Part shown: piece after piece, positions 19,601-33,085 of the stretch
Layout: each line of letters starts with the position of its first letter
Numbering within the stretch: the first letter of the stretch is position 1
NCBI GenBank assembly: GCA_009602725.1
Contig: WELB01000005.1
Location: 395,033-434,768, forward strand
Direction of reading: 5' to 3'
DNA: 39,736 bases
DNA from: Spirogloea muscicola
Lineage: Eukaryota
Translations under genes and position numbers: made by a program
Notes under the pieces: generated by a model
What the model saw: only the letters and a program-made list of their open reading frames with translations
Told to the model about the DNA's origin: nothing
Databases searched by the model: none

Positions 19601-22600
19601 GCATGTACACCTTGATTGCCATGTGAGCTGCTCCAGCGGTGTTAATGTTCAGCGGTGATAATGTACCTCGTGAGCTCGGCCATGCAGATGTTGCAGCAAT
19701 TCCTGGCTTCGCTCGTTCGCACTGCCAACATCAGCTTCGACGCGCTCCTAGACGAGCTACTCCTGACCTCCAAGGGCGCATCAGCCCTTGGGGGAGGGGT
19801 CAGCAAGCAGGCTTACCACTCCATTGCGCAGTGTGTCGCAGTCCTCTGCGTTGCGGCTGGGGATGTGAAGTGCGACTCAACAGTTGAAATGCTCCTCAAT
19901 AACCTGCGCTCTGGAAGTGGCCGGGATGCGGTGTGTCACATCAACTCGTCATTACCTTGCAATTTTGTGGTCATCTCAACCTCTATTGTCTCTATATATC
20001 ATGTATTCATTGTTGTTAGTAGTACACATCTTCTACTGCACTTGTGCAGTACACATTCTCCATCGCACTTGTGCTGACATCGTCATAAGTACAACTACGA
20101 ATGACATATTCTAGTTGTTCATGCTGGAACGCATGTCTGCATGTCTGGTGCTCTTGACATGTGCTGCAATGAGAGTTTGGCGAATGTAGACAGGGACCAG
20201 ATATCACTGAGTTGATTTTGCAATCAAGTTACTTGGTTGTTTGGTATCATCAGATGCACTTGCTTTCCCTACTCTGCTTGGGCGAGATTGGAAGGCGGAA
20301 AGACCTCAGTGGGCACGCCGACATCGAGACGGTCATCACCTCGTCTTTCCAGTCTCCTTCTGAGGAGATAAAGGCAGCTGCTTCATACTCACTTGGTAAT
20401 GTTGCTGTGGGAAATCTGGCCAAGTACCTACCTTTCATACTGCACCAGATTGACAACCACATCAAGCTACAGTACCTGCTCCTTCATTCCTTAAAGGAGG
20501 TGTGTAGTATGAGCAACTTCTGGGCTGCCACCAGTCAGGCCCATTCCTTGGACCAGGCTATTGTGTCGACTCTGTTTCCTTGGCTTTGAGATCGACCAGG
20601 TTGGATACTAGCTAGTAGACTGCTGCAGAAGTGCAGTAGGTGCCACTATCATTACTGGCTATATTTTAGCAGCACAGTCTGCTGTGCTCTGACATACAGC
20701 CAAGTACGCCTGTGCCCAGGTTATAAGCAGACAGTCACATGAGGAGGAGCTGAAGGTCACTAAGATACTCGAAGAGAAGGAGATGGACACAGTTCTCCAA
20801 CTCCTCTTTGCACACTGTGAGAGCGAAGAAGAGGGTGTCCGGAACGTCGTTGCCGAGTGCCTGGGCAAACTGGCACTGATTGAAGCGGCAACTCTGATCC
20901 CCCTCCTTAAGGTTCAGCCTGCCTTCCTTCTTCGTAGCTCGTAAAGCATGGCAAGGATCAAGTTGGATGTTGCTACCATGGTGGACTGCTGAGTACCCAG
21001 CACGATGTCACAGTGTGTGCTCTGCCATTTGAAAATGTGGGCACTCAGTGCACTGTGGGCGACAGTGCCTGTCTTGATCCTCTTCCTATCTGCAAGTTCG
21101 CAGGAGCGCACAAGGAGTCCCTCCCCATTCACAAGGGCCACAGTTGTTACCTCGATCAAGTTCACGGTTGTAGGCCCTCCGGCGGTCGTTGAGGCCCACA
21201 TGAAGCCGTGCATCCGGACATTCCTGCAACTTATAGAGGACGAGGACAGGGTAGACTACTTCTGCCTCCCTGCTGATAATGCTACACATATGTCTGAAGC
21301 TTCCTCAGTGGTCTCCGTGTTATTACCTTGCCTGTCATATAATGTTTGGTATTTGGTTGTGCCCCACAATTCTGTGCAGCATGTGAGGCGAGCCGCTGTC
21401 TTGACGCTGAGTACAGCTGCTCACAATAGGCCGAGCCTGGTTGTCGACCTGCTGCCTGAGCTGCTGCCCCTCCTCTATGATCAAACCATTGTCAAGGTGA
21501 CCATGCCTTTGATGCTAGGTAAATGGGCCCTGGCTAGAAAGGCCGCCTTAACGACAATTTGCAAAGCATAAAGTGGGCTCACCTTACTGTGGCCGCATCT
21601 GCAATCTGCTTACATCACGCTGCTTTTGCCTTTGTCAGTAAACTTCTGCATCCTTCCTGTCGGCAGGAGGAGCTGATCAGAACTGTAGACCTTGGGCCGT
21701 TCAAGCATACGGTGGACGACGGGCTGGAGCTTCGCAAGGCTGCGTTCGAGTGTGTGGACACTCTGCTGGACACATGCCTCGACAGCCTTGACCCGTCCAG
21801 CTTCATCATTCCCTACCTAGTTGGCGGGCTCTCAGGTCTTCTGACAAACAATTTCGCTTGTTGTGTGCATATATGTTACTCTGTACGTCATACGACTAGT
21901 TGTGCATGCTATGGATTCTGTATACACAGGCCCTACACCTCCTTGCAGCCCTTTGAGTCATAGATGATTCTATGTCTGAGGACCTAAGCTGTGAGAAGCA
22001 TGCAGTATTCGCTTATATGCCATATTGTTACCAGATTGTGATGCCGCACATTGCAGTGGTGGTTTTGACCGACCATTGACCATTGACCACCCTTGACTGA
22101 GACAGATCACTATGACGTGAAGATGCCATGCCATCTTATACTCTCCAAGCTTTCGGTCACGAGCAGCTCAGCCGTTTTAGCAGGTCCGCTGCTGCTTTTC
22201 TTGCGGTATATCGCCTTAGTGTCAAGTTCCCTGGTCTTAGGTCCATCACTGGCAATTGCAAGGTTCTGCTCTTGTGATGTCTTAGATTAGATGCTAAGTT
22301 TGCTTCTCTTCATTCTGCAGCTTATGCAAGTTGTGTGATAGTGCAGTTGTTGACACGCTTGTGGAGCCTCTGGAGAAGACAGTGACCGAGAAGACAAAGC
22401 CAGACGCCGTGAAGCAGGAGGTTGATCGGAATGAGGACATGATCCGATCTGCTCTACGTGCCATTGACTCCTTGTCGCGCATTCCGTGAGTTGTTCACCT
22501 TCAGAGCTCTGAGGGTCACAAAATGCGAATCACTGCAGGCATTTGTACTCCCACACTGTGCGCCTCCTCCACTTATTTTGCCAAAGTTGCACATGTGAGT

Positions 22601-22807
22601 CCTAGTGTCCGCATGCAGCAACCCTGCAGCTTTGACTGGTGGAGTGATACTCGGGCGTAATAATGTTGCAGAAATGTGGAGTTGAGCGGGAGGTTCAAGG
22701 CGTTCATGCACAGCGTCCTAAAGGTGGGAGTCCTCGCGGCCAAGTTTGAGGCGGTGCGCCACGAGGGCGACTCCTTGCTCCAGGGTGACAGGCAGGATGC
22801 AAGCTAG
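13639..22807 (+). CDS. CAND1: Cullin-associated NEDD8-dissociated protein 1 (HEAT-repeat SCF exchange factor), ~28 exons
   Basis: Spliced exons give [32 protein letters not shown]...[16 protein letters not shown]..., [128 protein letters not shown] at 22805-22807. Confidence 0.98.
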
Positions 22808-23542
22808 CCACTGGCAGGCCCTCTGAGCATTGCTCTTCGAATCTTGACGTGCACACTAACTGACACTGCACCTCAACTCCCTTTCCCTCCTCTCTCTGAC
22901 ATTTGCTAGCCTTCCTCTCCACCTTGCACTTGCGGTTCCTCATCGGATACGCCGCACTTTGTCTTGGGACCGTTGCCTGATTCATGAACGGAGAGCCTGT
23001 TGCCAAACAGGCACGTGGTTAGCTTGAAGTCCAGCTTGCAGTCGACCATGTTTGTCGTTTCTGGCAAACGCCCTGCTTGTGAGTAGAAGCATTGAAGCCA
23101 CGCTAACCTTAGCCCTGCTTTGATTGATTGTTAGAGGAGAAGCCATACCTCAGTTGCTGGGATATGTCTGACGCCGACCAGTTGCCTTCAACTTGTACCA
23201 CCTCCTTGATGAGACTCTTGATAGTGGCAAATTCTCAAGCAAGACATTTCGATGAGCACGTCGCCACGGCTGTGAATGAAACCACATGGTGAGCATCCAG
23301 TGTGGGTCTATATGCAGACAGTGAGCATTGCTGTTCTGGTGTACCATGTAAGCATGCCAGGTAGGGGGCAAATGGCCAACGAGTACGCACCTGGAGCACC
23401 CCAGGAAAGCTGCTGCGAGTCATGTGAACAGGCACCAGGCAGGCCACCGCACGGATGCTGTCCTGACTGCCAGCCTCCAATGCAGAACGCGTACAGACAG
23501 CATACCCGCCTGTCTCAAGTGCTGCAAGGTGATCCGAGAGGG

Positions 23543-25650
23543 CTAGTCACTGCTCCCATCGCCGCGCAGCGCTCCGTCAGAGCTGCCCTCGTCCTCCTCG
23601 GCAGCGGCAGCAGCAGCAGCAGCTGCAGCAGCCTCTTCCTCCTCGTCCTCATAAATCTCCTCCACAATTTCGTCGCCCTCTTCGTCGCCCCACCGCTCCC
23701 TCCCTCCGCCCCCAACCTCCACCTCCTCCTCTCCCTCGTCATCCTCGTCATCGTCGTCATCCTCCTCCCCCTGGTCGTCCTCCTCCTCCTTATCACCCAA
23801 TCTTGTTGGGCCCTCTCCATCCGCTCCTTCACTGTCGCTGTCCTCGTCGTGTCCAGTACCGCCAACGTCATCAGAGCCCATCTCCAGCTGCCTGGCTGTG
23901 GTTGTCGGAGGTGCATTCGCTTCTACCCGCCGCAGTTGCTCATTGAGCACTTGTATATCTGCGCGAGCCACCAAGCTCAACATCTCCAACGCACGTGCCC
24001 GGCGCCAAAGTACGAATATCCACTCAATGTACAGAATGTATGTCTTGCATATGACTTGTCTGATCGTTTGGACGAGCAGTTTCCAAGACTGGTCTTTAGA
24101 ACATGTACAGACAACGTCGAAGGATAAGGGGTCTAGCCCTCATGAGTGGCTTAGAGTTGAGGAGGCGCTACCTGCTACGCGGTCTTGGTTGACAGGCGTA
24201 TGACCGGCATTTGAAGAAGCAGCTCGCGCCGACGCCTTGACATTCAGCCGCAGCCGCTCCTGCACATGGGCAGCACTGGCCTGTATTGACCCAGCGCAGC
24301 CAGGACACACCAAGGTTGAGTGTTGGTCTTAGTTGGGTGCTCGAAGCATGCATGCGCAGGATGAGAGAAGGCGGCAGTAAGGGTAACACCCCTTGTTGCC
24401 GTGCTGTGCTACAATATAGGACAAGGTGTACGAATTTCGTCGGTAACGTCTGAGTGGGGCTTCAGAGCTGGAACAAAAGAGTTTGCCCATCTGCAAGAGC
24501 AGTGCAGTGGGAGTGCTACCTCTCGACGAAACCGCTCTGACTGAGCAGCCTGCGCCTCCCGTAGTTTCTCCAGCTCCTCGGCGGCACGCTGCGCCCTCTC
24601 CTTGGCCTCCGCCTGCGGCAATGCGCTGCTCGGGCTTAGAACAGCATGTACAACAGTATTCAGCAGCCAGTTGCCACATCGCAATCGCAGTTTTCAACAG
24701 TTTGCCAAGATCCAGCTTGGAGGTTCGAGGCCGAGCGGGGGCGTGGATCACGACGCTCACCTCCTTGCGCTGTCGCTCAGCCTTGGCGTGCTCCTCGCGC
24801 TGCTGTCGCTCCGTCACTTCCCGCGCCTCCCGGTCCCTTGCCTCGATCTGCAGGGGCCGGCCGGCCGCGCCGCCTCAGAGCCGCCACGTTTCTCACCTCG
24901 TCTCACCTTTGAGCTTCTGATGGGGGTTGTGATTGCGAGGCCAACGATGCTGAGCCTTGAGGGAGACTCCTGTGACCACTTACCTGAACCCTGACACCTT
25001 GACCTTCCACTGACACCCTTTCCCATGGGTTGTGTCCTAACCTGTACACTCGACCCAGAAGCTCGTAACTCAGATCAAGCTGGCACTGGCTGTGCCGAAG
25101 CAAGTGTGCTGGACGGGCCGTACCTGGCCGCGTACGGCAGCCAGCTTGGCGCGCTCCACCTCCAGGAGGAAGCTGGCGACCTGCACGCCCTCCTCGGCCC
25201 GCATCTGCCCCTGCGCCGGCCGCAGCAGCGTTAAGTCGGCGAGCATTAAGGGGATTTAAGAAGTTTCAAACTCAAGGTTTGACACTTCTACCAACTATCT
25301 TGTACTCAACACTGCGACCAGCGCTCAAAGAGTTGCGAGGACACAGCAAGTATCTCGAGCATCCCGGAGCTCACCAAGCGACTGGTACAGCTGGGCACCC
25401 ACCGCCAGCTGGGCGCCCAGCTGTGCACCCAAGCGGCCATGGCGGACTGTAGCAGCGACGGCGGCGAGCCTTGTGTACCTGCTGCCTGCTACGGGTTTGG
25501 GTTTATGGATTTAGAGATTTGGATAGGGGTTAGGGTTCAACACCTGGGCGCGGCGGCGGAGGACGGAGTTGAAGGCGTCCACGGCGGCGCGTGCGCGGGC
25601 CTCGGCGGCGCCCACGCGCTCGGCGACGGCGGCGGCGGCGCCGAGGAGCC
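23543..25650 (-). CDS. Hypothetical coiled-coil protein with a long Asp/Glu-rich C-terminal tail; 5' end in assembly gap
   Basis: In-phase GT-AG exons: ...AAVDAFNSVLRRRAQ (to 25544) | an uncertain exon at ~25488-25375 | GQMRAEEGVQVASFLLEVERAKLAAVRGQ | IEARDREAREVTERQQREEHAKAERQRKE | AEAKERAQRAAEELEKLREAQAAQSERFRRE | ERLRLNVKAS...DRVA | DIQVLNEQLRR...EEDDDDDEDDEGEEE...GSSD*. Family not recognised. Confidence 0.75.
25492..25538 (-). repeat. Degenerate telomere-like (telo-box-like) tract in an intron
   Basis: AACCCTAACCCCTATCCAAATCTCTAAATCCATAAACCCAAACCC on the sense (minus) strand, just after the donor at 25543. Confidence 0.55.
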
Positions 25651-26522
25651 NNNNNNNNNNNNNNNNNNNNNNNNNNNNNNNNNNNNNNNNNNNNNNNNNN
25701 NNNNNNNNNNNNNNNNNNNNNNNNNNNNNNNNNNNNNNNNNNNNNNNNNNNNNNNNNNNNNNNNNNNNNNNNNNNNNNNNNNNNNNNNNNNNNNNNNNNN
25801 NNNNNNNNNNNNNNNNNNNNNNNNNNNNNNNNNNNNNNNNNNNNNNNNNNNNNNNNNNNNNNNNNNNNNNNNNNNNNNNNNNNNNNNNNNNNNNNNNNNN
25901 NNNNNNNNNNNNNNNNNNNNNNNNNNNNNNNNNNNNNNNNNNNNNNNNNNNNNNNNNNNNNNNNNNNNNNNNNNNNNNNNNNNNNNNNNNNNNNNNNNNN
26001 NNNNNNNNNNNNNNNNNNNNNNNNNNNNNNNNNNNNNNNNNNNNNNNNNNNNNNNNNNNNNNNNNNNNNNNNNNNNNNNNNNNNNNNNNNNNNNNNNNNN
26101 NNNNNNNNNNNNNNNNNNNNNNNNNNNNNNNNNNNNNNNNNNNNNNNNNNNNNNNNNNNNNNNNNNNNNNNNNNNNNNNNNNNNNNNNNNNNNNNNNNNN
26201 NNNNNNNNNNNNNNNNNNNNNNNNNNNNNNNNNNNNNNNNNNNNNNNNNNNNNNNNNNNNNNNNNNNNNNNNNNNNNNNNNNNNNNNNNNNNNNNNNNNN
26301 NNNNNNNNNNNNNNNNNNNNNNNNNNNNNNNNNNNNNNNNNNNNNNNNNNNNNNNNNNNNNNNNNNNNNNNNNNNNNNNNNNNNNNNNNNNNNNNNNNNN
26401 NNNNNNNNNNNNNNNNNNNNNNNNNNNNNNNNNNNNNNNNNNNNNNNNNNNNNNNNNNNNNNNNNNNNNNNNNNNNNNNNNNNNNNNNNNNNNNNNNNNN
26501 NNNNNNNNNNNNNNNNNNNNNN
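25651..26522. other. Assembly gap (872 N) hiding the starts and shared promoter of two divergent genes
   Basis: N run flanked by very GC-rich coding sequence on both sides. Confidence 0.99.
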
Positions 26523-29500
26523 CAGCTCCGCACAGGCCAAGGCCGAGCTGGCCCTCACTGCCGCCGCCGCCGCCGCGGCGCCGCCCGCAGTGCTTCAGCG
26601 CCGGGCCGGGCGTCCAGCTGTGGTCCGTCGGCGACGGCGCCGCGGCGGAGGTGAGCCGGCGCTCATCGCCGAGCCTGCGGTCCTGCCAGCGGCTTGCGCG
26701 AGGCCCTGCCGTGCAGCGCCTCGACGCGCCGCCTTTCCTCTGGCTGCGCACAGGATGGCGTCGGCGACGGCGCTGCGCGGACGCGCCCGGCGGCGCAGCG
26801 GACGTTCCTGGTTCAATTCCCGTCAGAGGACGCGAGCCGCGACTTTCTGGCCAAGGTTGACGACTGCCGCGTCGGCAGCGGTGAGTCTACGTGCAGTCGC
26901 AGCTTGGGGTTTTCCGTCAGCACTTTACTCCACCACTTCAATCACTCCCTCGGTGCTTCAAATAATCCCTTCTATTAGTTTATTCTCCTGATAAAGGCAC
27001 ATTTCGGTGCTCCCCTGCTGTGCTTTATTCCACAGCAGCCAAGCTTGCCAATGGTGCCATCGCTTCCGGCACGGCCGCTCCCCAAGCCGCCGCAGCTGCC
27101 GCGAACCGCTTCGAGGCGAAGATCGAGGCGGCGTCGGCCAAGATGTACTTCCACTACTACGGCCAGCTGCTGCACCAGCAGAACATGCTCCAAGACTACG
27201 TCCGCACGGGTACTCTTTGCCGCTGGAGCACTGCCGTGCAACCGCTACAGCGTGGCAGTATATTGCCAGCATGCCAGCCGCTGACCATGCCATACGACTT
27301 CCAGCAGCCAGGCTCGTAGCCTTGGTCAGACTCAGCTAGTATCGAAGTGCTGGGCTGATGTCGTTGAATCGCTCCCTTACGGTAGGAACATGCGGCTATG
27401 AAGCATGACATGGTGGTATAAGCTCTTCCAAGCGCAGGCACCTACTATGCGGCGATTGTGGAGAATCGGTGTGACCTCGAAGGCAAGGTGGTCATGGATG
27501 TTGGCGCTGGCAGCGGCATCCTGTCCCTCTTTGCAGCTCAGGCAAGACGCGAAGTAGCCCATTACTAATGGGACAACCTCTGCACGCTCTTGATGCATAC
27601 TTGAGATCCTTATCGGATACCCAAGTATCTTCAAGTGTTATCAGAAATTATCGCGACCTTCTTTTGTCATACTTCTACATATCATTACAAGGTATTTGAG
27701 CACACCAGCACGTTAAAGTCGCAGCTGCTGAGGAGATGCTGTTGCCAAAGTATTCCTGTGTGCAGGCTGGAGCACGGCATGTGTATGCCGTGGAGGCATC
27801 GAGCATGGCTGACTACGCGCGGCGGCTCATGGCTGGCAACCCAAAACTGGGCAAATGTGTCACTGTGAGCTAGCACCGGGGCTCCAGCAGCCCAAGCTCA
27901 CCACTCTGGGGTCAGGGTCAGGTCTTAGGGTTAACGCCACGCCAAGCCACATGCTTGTACTGCTGAGGGATGCAAGATGCAGCAACTCTTGCCTTGATAT
28001 GTCGTGTCATCTGCCAGAATGCATTCAGGGTCCTGGCAGCTCGTCAGTCTCGCGGCTCTGCTCGGCTTGCTCCCCTGCTCCAGCTGCGCTTGTGCTCTTT
28101 CTCTTGCTGAGTGGCTCGTATGTCCTGGGCTCCTGGGAAGCACCAATGACGCGTACTCAGTAGGGCTGCTGACGTGATCCTGGCAAGGCTTCCTCACTTG
28201 CTTGCTGTGAGCTGCTTTCAGATACTCCATGGCAAGGTGGAGGAGGTGGAGCTGCCAGAGAAGGTGGACATCCTCATCTCAGAGCCGATGGGTATGCCCT
28301 CACCTTCCTGACGCTTTGGTGCACCTTCATCCAGGTGACACAGGTTGGCACCAAGCAATTTATCTTCAGCGTCGGCAGCTTTTGTGGGCAGTACTGAAAG
28401 AGGCCTTTATTGCGTGAGTGCATGGGACTAGCACGTCAATGATTTGGCTCAGCTGAGCAAGAATTGTGCTCAACCGTGCAATCATGTACAGCTTAGGCCT
28501 AAGAATTGGGGTGTAAGAGTCGAATATAAGGTCTGAGTGAGAGCTACAAGTGCAGTCCTCTATGGAAACCTAATATACCGCTAATTCAGAAAACAATCCA
28601 ATCTGCAAATTCGATGCCGAGCACCAATATGCAAGCTTGATGCTTACTGTCCCCTGCAGGTACATTGCTCGTCAATGAGCGCATGCTTGAGTCATACATA
28701 ATTGCCAGAGATCGCTTCCTCAAGCCAGGCGGCAAGATGTTCCCCAGTGTCGGCAGGTAAGATCAACTCAGATTGGTGTTGCACCACCAGTCTGCCTATT
28801 AAATGTCGCACTCCATTCGCCTATGTCATATCTTTCACTGCAACACAGGCACTGCAACACAGGCACTGCAAAGATGGCCTGCATTGTGAGCAACATGGGC
28901 AGTGCTTTGGCCCTTCCTTGCTACATAAAGGCCAGGCGAAGTTGAGCAGTCAGTCTGCTTAGGATGTCACTTGCACGTGGCGGCTAAGATGATGTCCTCT
29001 CCTTGTGACCAGAATCTACATGGCTCCATTTTCTGACGAGTACCTCTTTGTGGAACTTGCCAACAAGGTGGGCAGCCTGAGCTTCTGGGACTTGTGAGCC
29101 TGGTTGGAAGAGCCGCATACTCATCTTTCTAGTGAGGCGCTCTGATTGTGCTTCTGCTGACATGCTTGGGTGAACACCTCAGCTGCTAGGCCAAGGCTCA
29201 GAAGCTTAGGGATAGGCTTGGGGCTTACAAGCTGCTATTAGCTACTGAGATCTGCTTCATTGGGCCTCTGTGATAGGCGCTCTTCTGGCAGCAGCAGAGC
29301 TACTATGGGGTGGACCTCACGCCGCTCCATGCTGCCGCCTCCAGTGGTTACTTCGCTCAGGTGGTTCACCCAGCATGTCCACCTGGAAAGATGTGCTACA
29401 ATAGCAGGATATAACCAGCAGGCCTTTGGAAAATCTCTGCGTTAATTGTCTTTCATCGTCAGATGATACGTGGAGAAATAAGCCAAGACAAGCCACAGAA

Positions 29501-30921
29501 GTTTTTGCTGAGTTGTCCCCGGGAGCATTGAGGTCCACCATTTCCCGTTGCACCCTTATGTACAGGTCTGCATGAATGCGCGGAGTCATGATGTATTGCA
29601 CGACTTTAAAGCTAGCCCGTGTTGCTGCGTGCCTCATACTTTCTCACAGAACAACCTTCTCTGATGTACCCTCTTCTCACCTTCTTGCATGCTCTGCAGC
29701 CTGTTGTAGATGCATTCGACCCACGCATCCTAATAGCGCCTCCAATTGTTCATGTCATCAACTTCTTAGAGGCTAAGGTGATAGAATCTCATAATTGAAT
29801 CCTTCTCTTTTTGCAGCACATGTGTTTTCCTTGTCAGTGCACATTGATATGCTCACGAAGCAGCTTAAGCGGTCATCCCTGTAGTCTTATTGATGCTACT
29901 GTGGGACATGGGAGGGCACCCAGCTGCCCTTTAAGAGTAGTAGCATGCCGTGCAGGTACATGATGCAAGGTATTTGCAGGTCTTTCGCTGAGCTTTGCCT
30001 CAGTAGCTTGACCGAGCATGGTGCAGGAAGAGGACCTCTATGAGATCGACATCCCACTCAGCTTCACAGCGGCCACTGCTGCCCGCGTACACGGCCTGGC
30101 CTGCTGGTTTGACGTGCTCTTCGATGGCAGGTGAGCCCTTGTCTTCCTTCCCAAGTTTCTGCCTGTGGTCCTATATAAGTATCTGGGTACTGCTCCTCTG
30201 CTTTATCAGCCCCTTCTGAGGGCCTGCGTTCTGATGATATTCACTTTAACCTCTTGAAATACGTCCTAAGTGCTGCAGAGTTTAGGCACCTTCTGAGGCT
30301 TGGATGCCACTTGGGCCTGCTTGTGCAGCTCATTGCCTAGATGGCTGTCGACAGCCCCTGGTTCCCCGACCACGCACTGGTACCAGCTCCGGTGCGTCCT
30401 GCCCCAGCCGCTCTATGTCCTGGCGGGCCAGATTGTAACCGGCAGGATGCTCATGACTGCGCATCGGTCCCAGAGCTACGCAATCCACCTCACTTTATCA
30501 GGTGACGCTTAAGAACATTGCAAGTTTGTATCCGTCTTCACTAAGGTGCACTATGCATCATGGTGCCCATTGCAGACGCTTGTCTCTGACTTACAAAATC
30601 TGTTTCACATCGTGGGAATTTTCTTCTTGTTGATGATCCGGCCTGGCTCTGGGCAAATCGTTTGCCAGCCTTGCAAGGGGGCGTGTTGCAAAGCTCTAGC
30701 AGCAAGCTGGACCTGAAGGAGCCATACTATAGGATGTCCACGGCGCCCGCGTACACGTGGGACCAGCAGGTACAGCAGCCCCAGGTAGGAGCCAGCAGGT
30801 CTTGCTAGCCTTTCCCCTGCAAAAGCATATCAACATACTGTCAATAGACTAGTACCTGGTAATGCAATTAGTGTCTATCAATCTCAATTTCCAGTTGATT
30901 TTACGAACTTGCGCAGGTGGT

Positions 30922-30952
<31 letters not shown>

Positions 30953-31030
30953 GCCCACCCGCAGTCGCCGCAGCAGCAGCAGGGCCTGTACCAAGGAGTG
31001 TACGCCACTCAAGGCTGGCAGCCCCTGTGA
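26523..31030 (+). CDS. PRMT4: Protein arginine methyltransferase 4 (CARM1); 5'-partial, ~15 visible exons, poly-Gln C-terminus
   Basis: [130 protein letters not shown] at 31028-31030. Confidence 0.97.
30923..30952 (+). repeat. (CAG)n coding repeat: poly-Gln in the last PRMT4 exon
   Basis: Last exon reads [22 protein letters not shown]... Confidence 0.85.
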
Positions 31031-31795
31031 CTGATTGTTTGGCGGTCCCAGGTTTAGGTGCCTGGCTTAGTCTGTCTCCGAGTTGCGCTTTTAGAAGTCA
31101 TAGTCAGCATGCATACCTCCATCTTCCTCAAATGGCAGCTGTAAGTCTTTTAGCAGTGAATGTAGTTAACAGTTGGGGTCCTAGCTCAGGTCGTCCTGCC
31201 GAGTATGGCAAATTGAATGCCTGCCCCCAGCTGCCCGGAACGCAGTAGTGGCACCGTCCAATGTGGTCTGCCATACTTGTCATAAGCCGAAGGAAGAAAG
31301 TCATAAAATTGCGCCAGCTCTCTGGCAGCTAGATATCCTTCCCATTCCCTGTAGCCAGGCCTGAGAGTATGAGGTCAAGTGTGTGTGTGGCATTACTTGC
31401 TAGGTCCACCTTTGTGGATCCAGCAGATAACAACAGTTTCAACAAGCAGCATCTTGTGAAGAAGGCATTCATCAGCATTGTGCCATCCAGGCAATTCTGT
31501 TGGTTCTCATCCGCTTTTGGCGGTAAGGTTGTGATAGACTTGTGACTCCTCGCCAAGTATAGCCTGCCCTTCTGCACTGTCTGCGAGGACCCTCCAAATT
31601 TCAAATCGGATGGAGTTTGGGATAATTATATTTGAAGACACAGCACTTGCAATCTGGTGGCTGTATAAGCTGCGCACACAGTCTCATCGTTGTCGAAATG
31701 CTTGCTGACGGCGTCGAGACAGTCTGACGTCATACTCGTGCTTGTTGAAGCTCCCACAGCCATGCTAAGGGCGCAGGCGAGCGCGTCCAGCAGAT

Positions 31796-31826
31796 GGTTT
31801 AGGGTTTAGGGTTTAGAATTTAGGGT
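31796..31826 (+). repeat. Short interstitial plant-type telomeric repeat
   Basis: GGTTTAGGGTTTAGGGTTTAGAATTTAGGGT. Confidence 0.85.
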
Positions 31827-33004
31827 CTGTGGACCTGATAGCTCGTTAGACTGTGCGCCTGTCGTTATAGTAAAATGCTGCTCCTGTCATCCCTTCTGTA
31901 TCCAACTTCTTCAACTGCATACTCCCAGCTCTCTCTTTGCCAAATTATCACCCACATATTCTACCAACGCGAAAGAAATGCAACTGCCTCCAGAGTTAGT
32001 GCAGCACAAATAGGTGGTAAGTTTCGCGGCTTTGGAGACACTGCAACAAGCAAGGCAACTTGTTAGACCGCCTATAGCTTCTGTGTCTCCTCAGTCGTTG
32101 CTTCTTTGCCTCCTGGCACTTGTGACGGCATGTCATAGCAGGCACTGGTCTTTGCTCTCTCCCACTACGTCCTTGGAGCCAGAGTTTCTAGTCCTTTGGG
32201 CGAGTCTCATCTTCCGTGTGAGTGTCATGAAGCAATGCCAGCTGTTCTGCAAAGATGACCGAAGCCAGAGTACCTTGCACCAGCTCGAGAGTCATGCATC
32301 CCCATCAGCGATCAAAATATCGTCAGGAGGCCTTCTACAGGAAGTATGGTCAAGCCTGCTTTTGGATGTAAGGCTAGGGTGCGACCACCAACGAGTGTCA
32401 TCAGTGTTGTACAAGAACTTGCCAGATAGCGGCACCCTTTGCTGTCTCTTGCAGCAGCGTTGCACGCCCCAAATCTCGAGCAGTGCAAGTCCTTGCCTTC
32501 TGGGCCTCCCCAACAAGGCTGTGCTGCTACACAGTTGCTGCACGGCTGCCAGTGGCTCGCTGCTCGCCGCCAAAAGGAGTGCTCGGTCGAATAGCATCTC
32601 ATTGTGCCAAGCCAGCGGCAAGCCCACTCGATTCAAAGAGTACAATCGCTCCACTCTGGGCTCCCTCGTTAGCGCTAAAACGCGGGTGTTAGCGCTGACT
32701 CGGCGGGATCATATTGTGCCAAGCGAGCTGCAATTGACCGAGTGGTGGCTGTTACGGCTTGGCTCTGAGCTCGAGCGCGCATGTGGGGGTAGATTTAGCA
32801 ACTGACAGGCTTACAGGCAGCCTACGCCGAGCTGTCTCTGCAACAACGAATTTTGACAGCCGGTGTTTTAGTCGGAGGACGAGCCGCAGCCAAATGCAGC
32901 TGCCGCGAAAGGCCACATACAGAACTTGATCTCTTGGTTCAATGGGTCGACACTTTCGGGCCTACGCGGCGCACTGGCCCTGCGGGTGAAATGTTTCAAC
33001 TTTC

Positions 33005-33085
33005 GTTCTAAGGGTCTAATGTTTAAGGGTTTTAGCATAATGGAGTTAGGGTTTGGGAGGGTTTTAGGGATGGATTTAGGGTTTG
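33005..33085 (+). repeat. Degenerate TTTAGGG tract (telo-box-like)
   Basis: GTTTAAGGGTTTTAG...GTTAGGGTTTGGGAGGGTTTTAGGGATGGATTTAGGGTTTG. Confidence 0.65.

Noticed and set aside
23276..24127. 283-aa hydrophobic plus-strand ORF resembling a membrane protein
   Set aside because: It is the antisense shadow of the GAG/GAC-rich acidic exon on the minus strand.
25439..26991. 340-473 aa ORFs in the track, and similar ones at 32926-34363
   Set aside because: Their length comes from translating through N runs.
32320..32405. TGATGA...CTGA on the minus strand as a C/D snoRNA
   Set aside because: No terminal stem and no rRNA-complementary guide that I could recognise.
32014..32805. 263-aa plus-strand ORF
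   Set aside because: GTG start, Ser/Leu/Cys-rich composition with no recognisable motif, and local splice signals point to the opposite strand.
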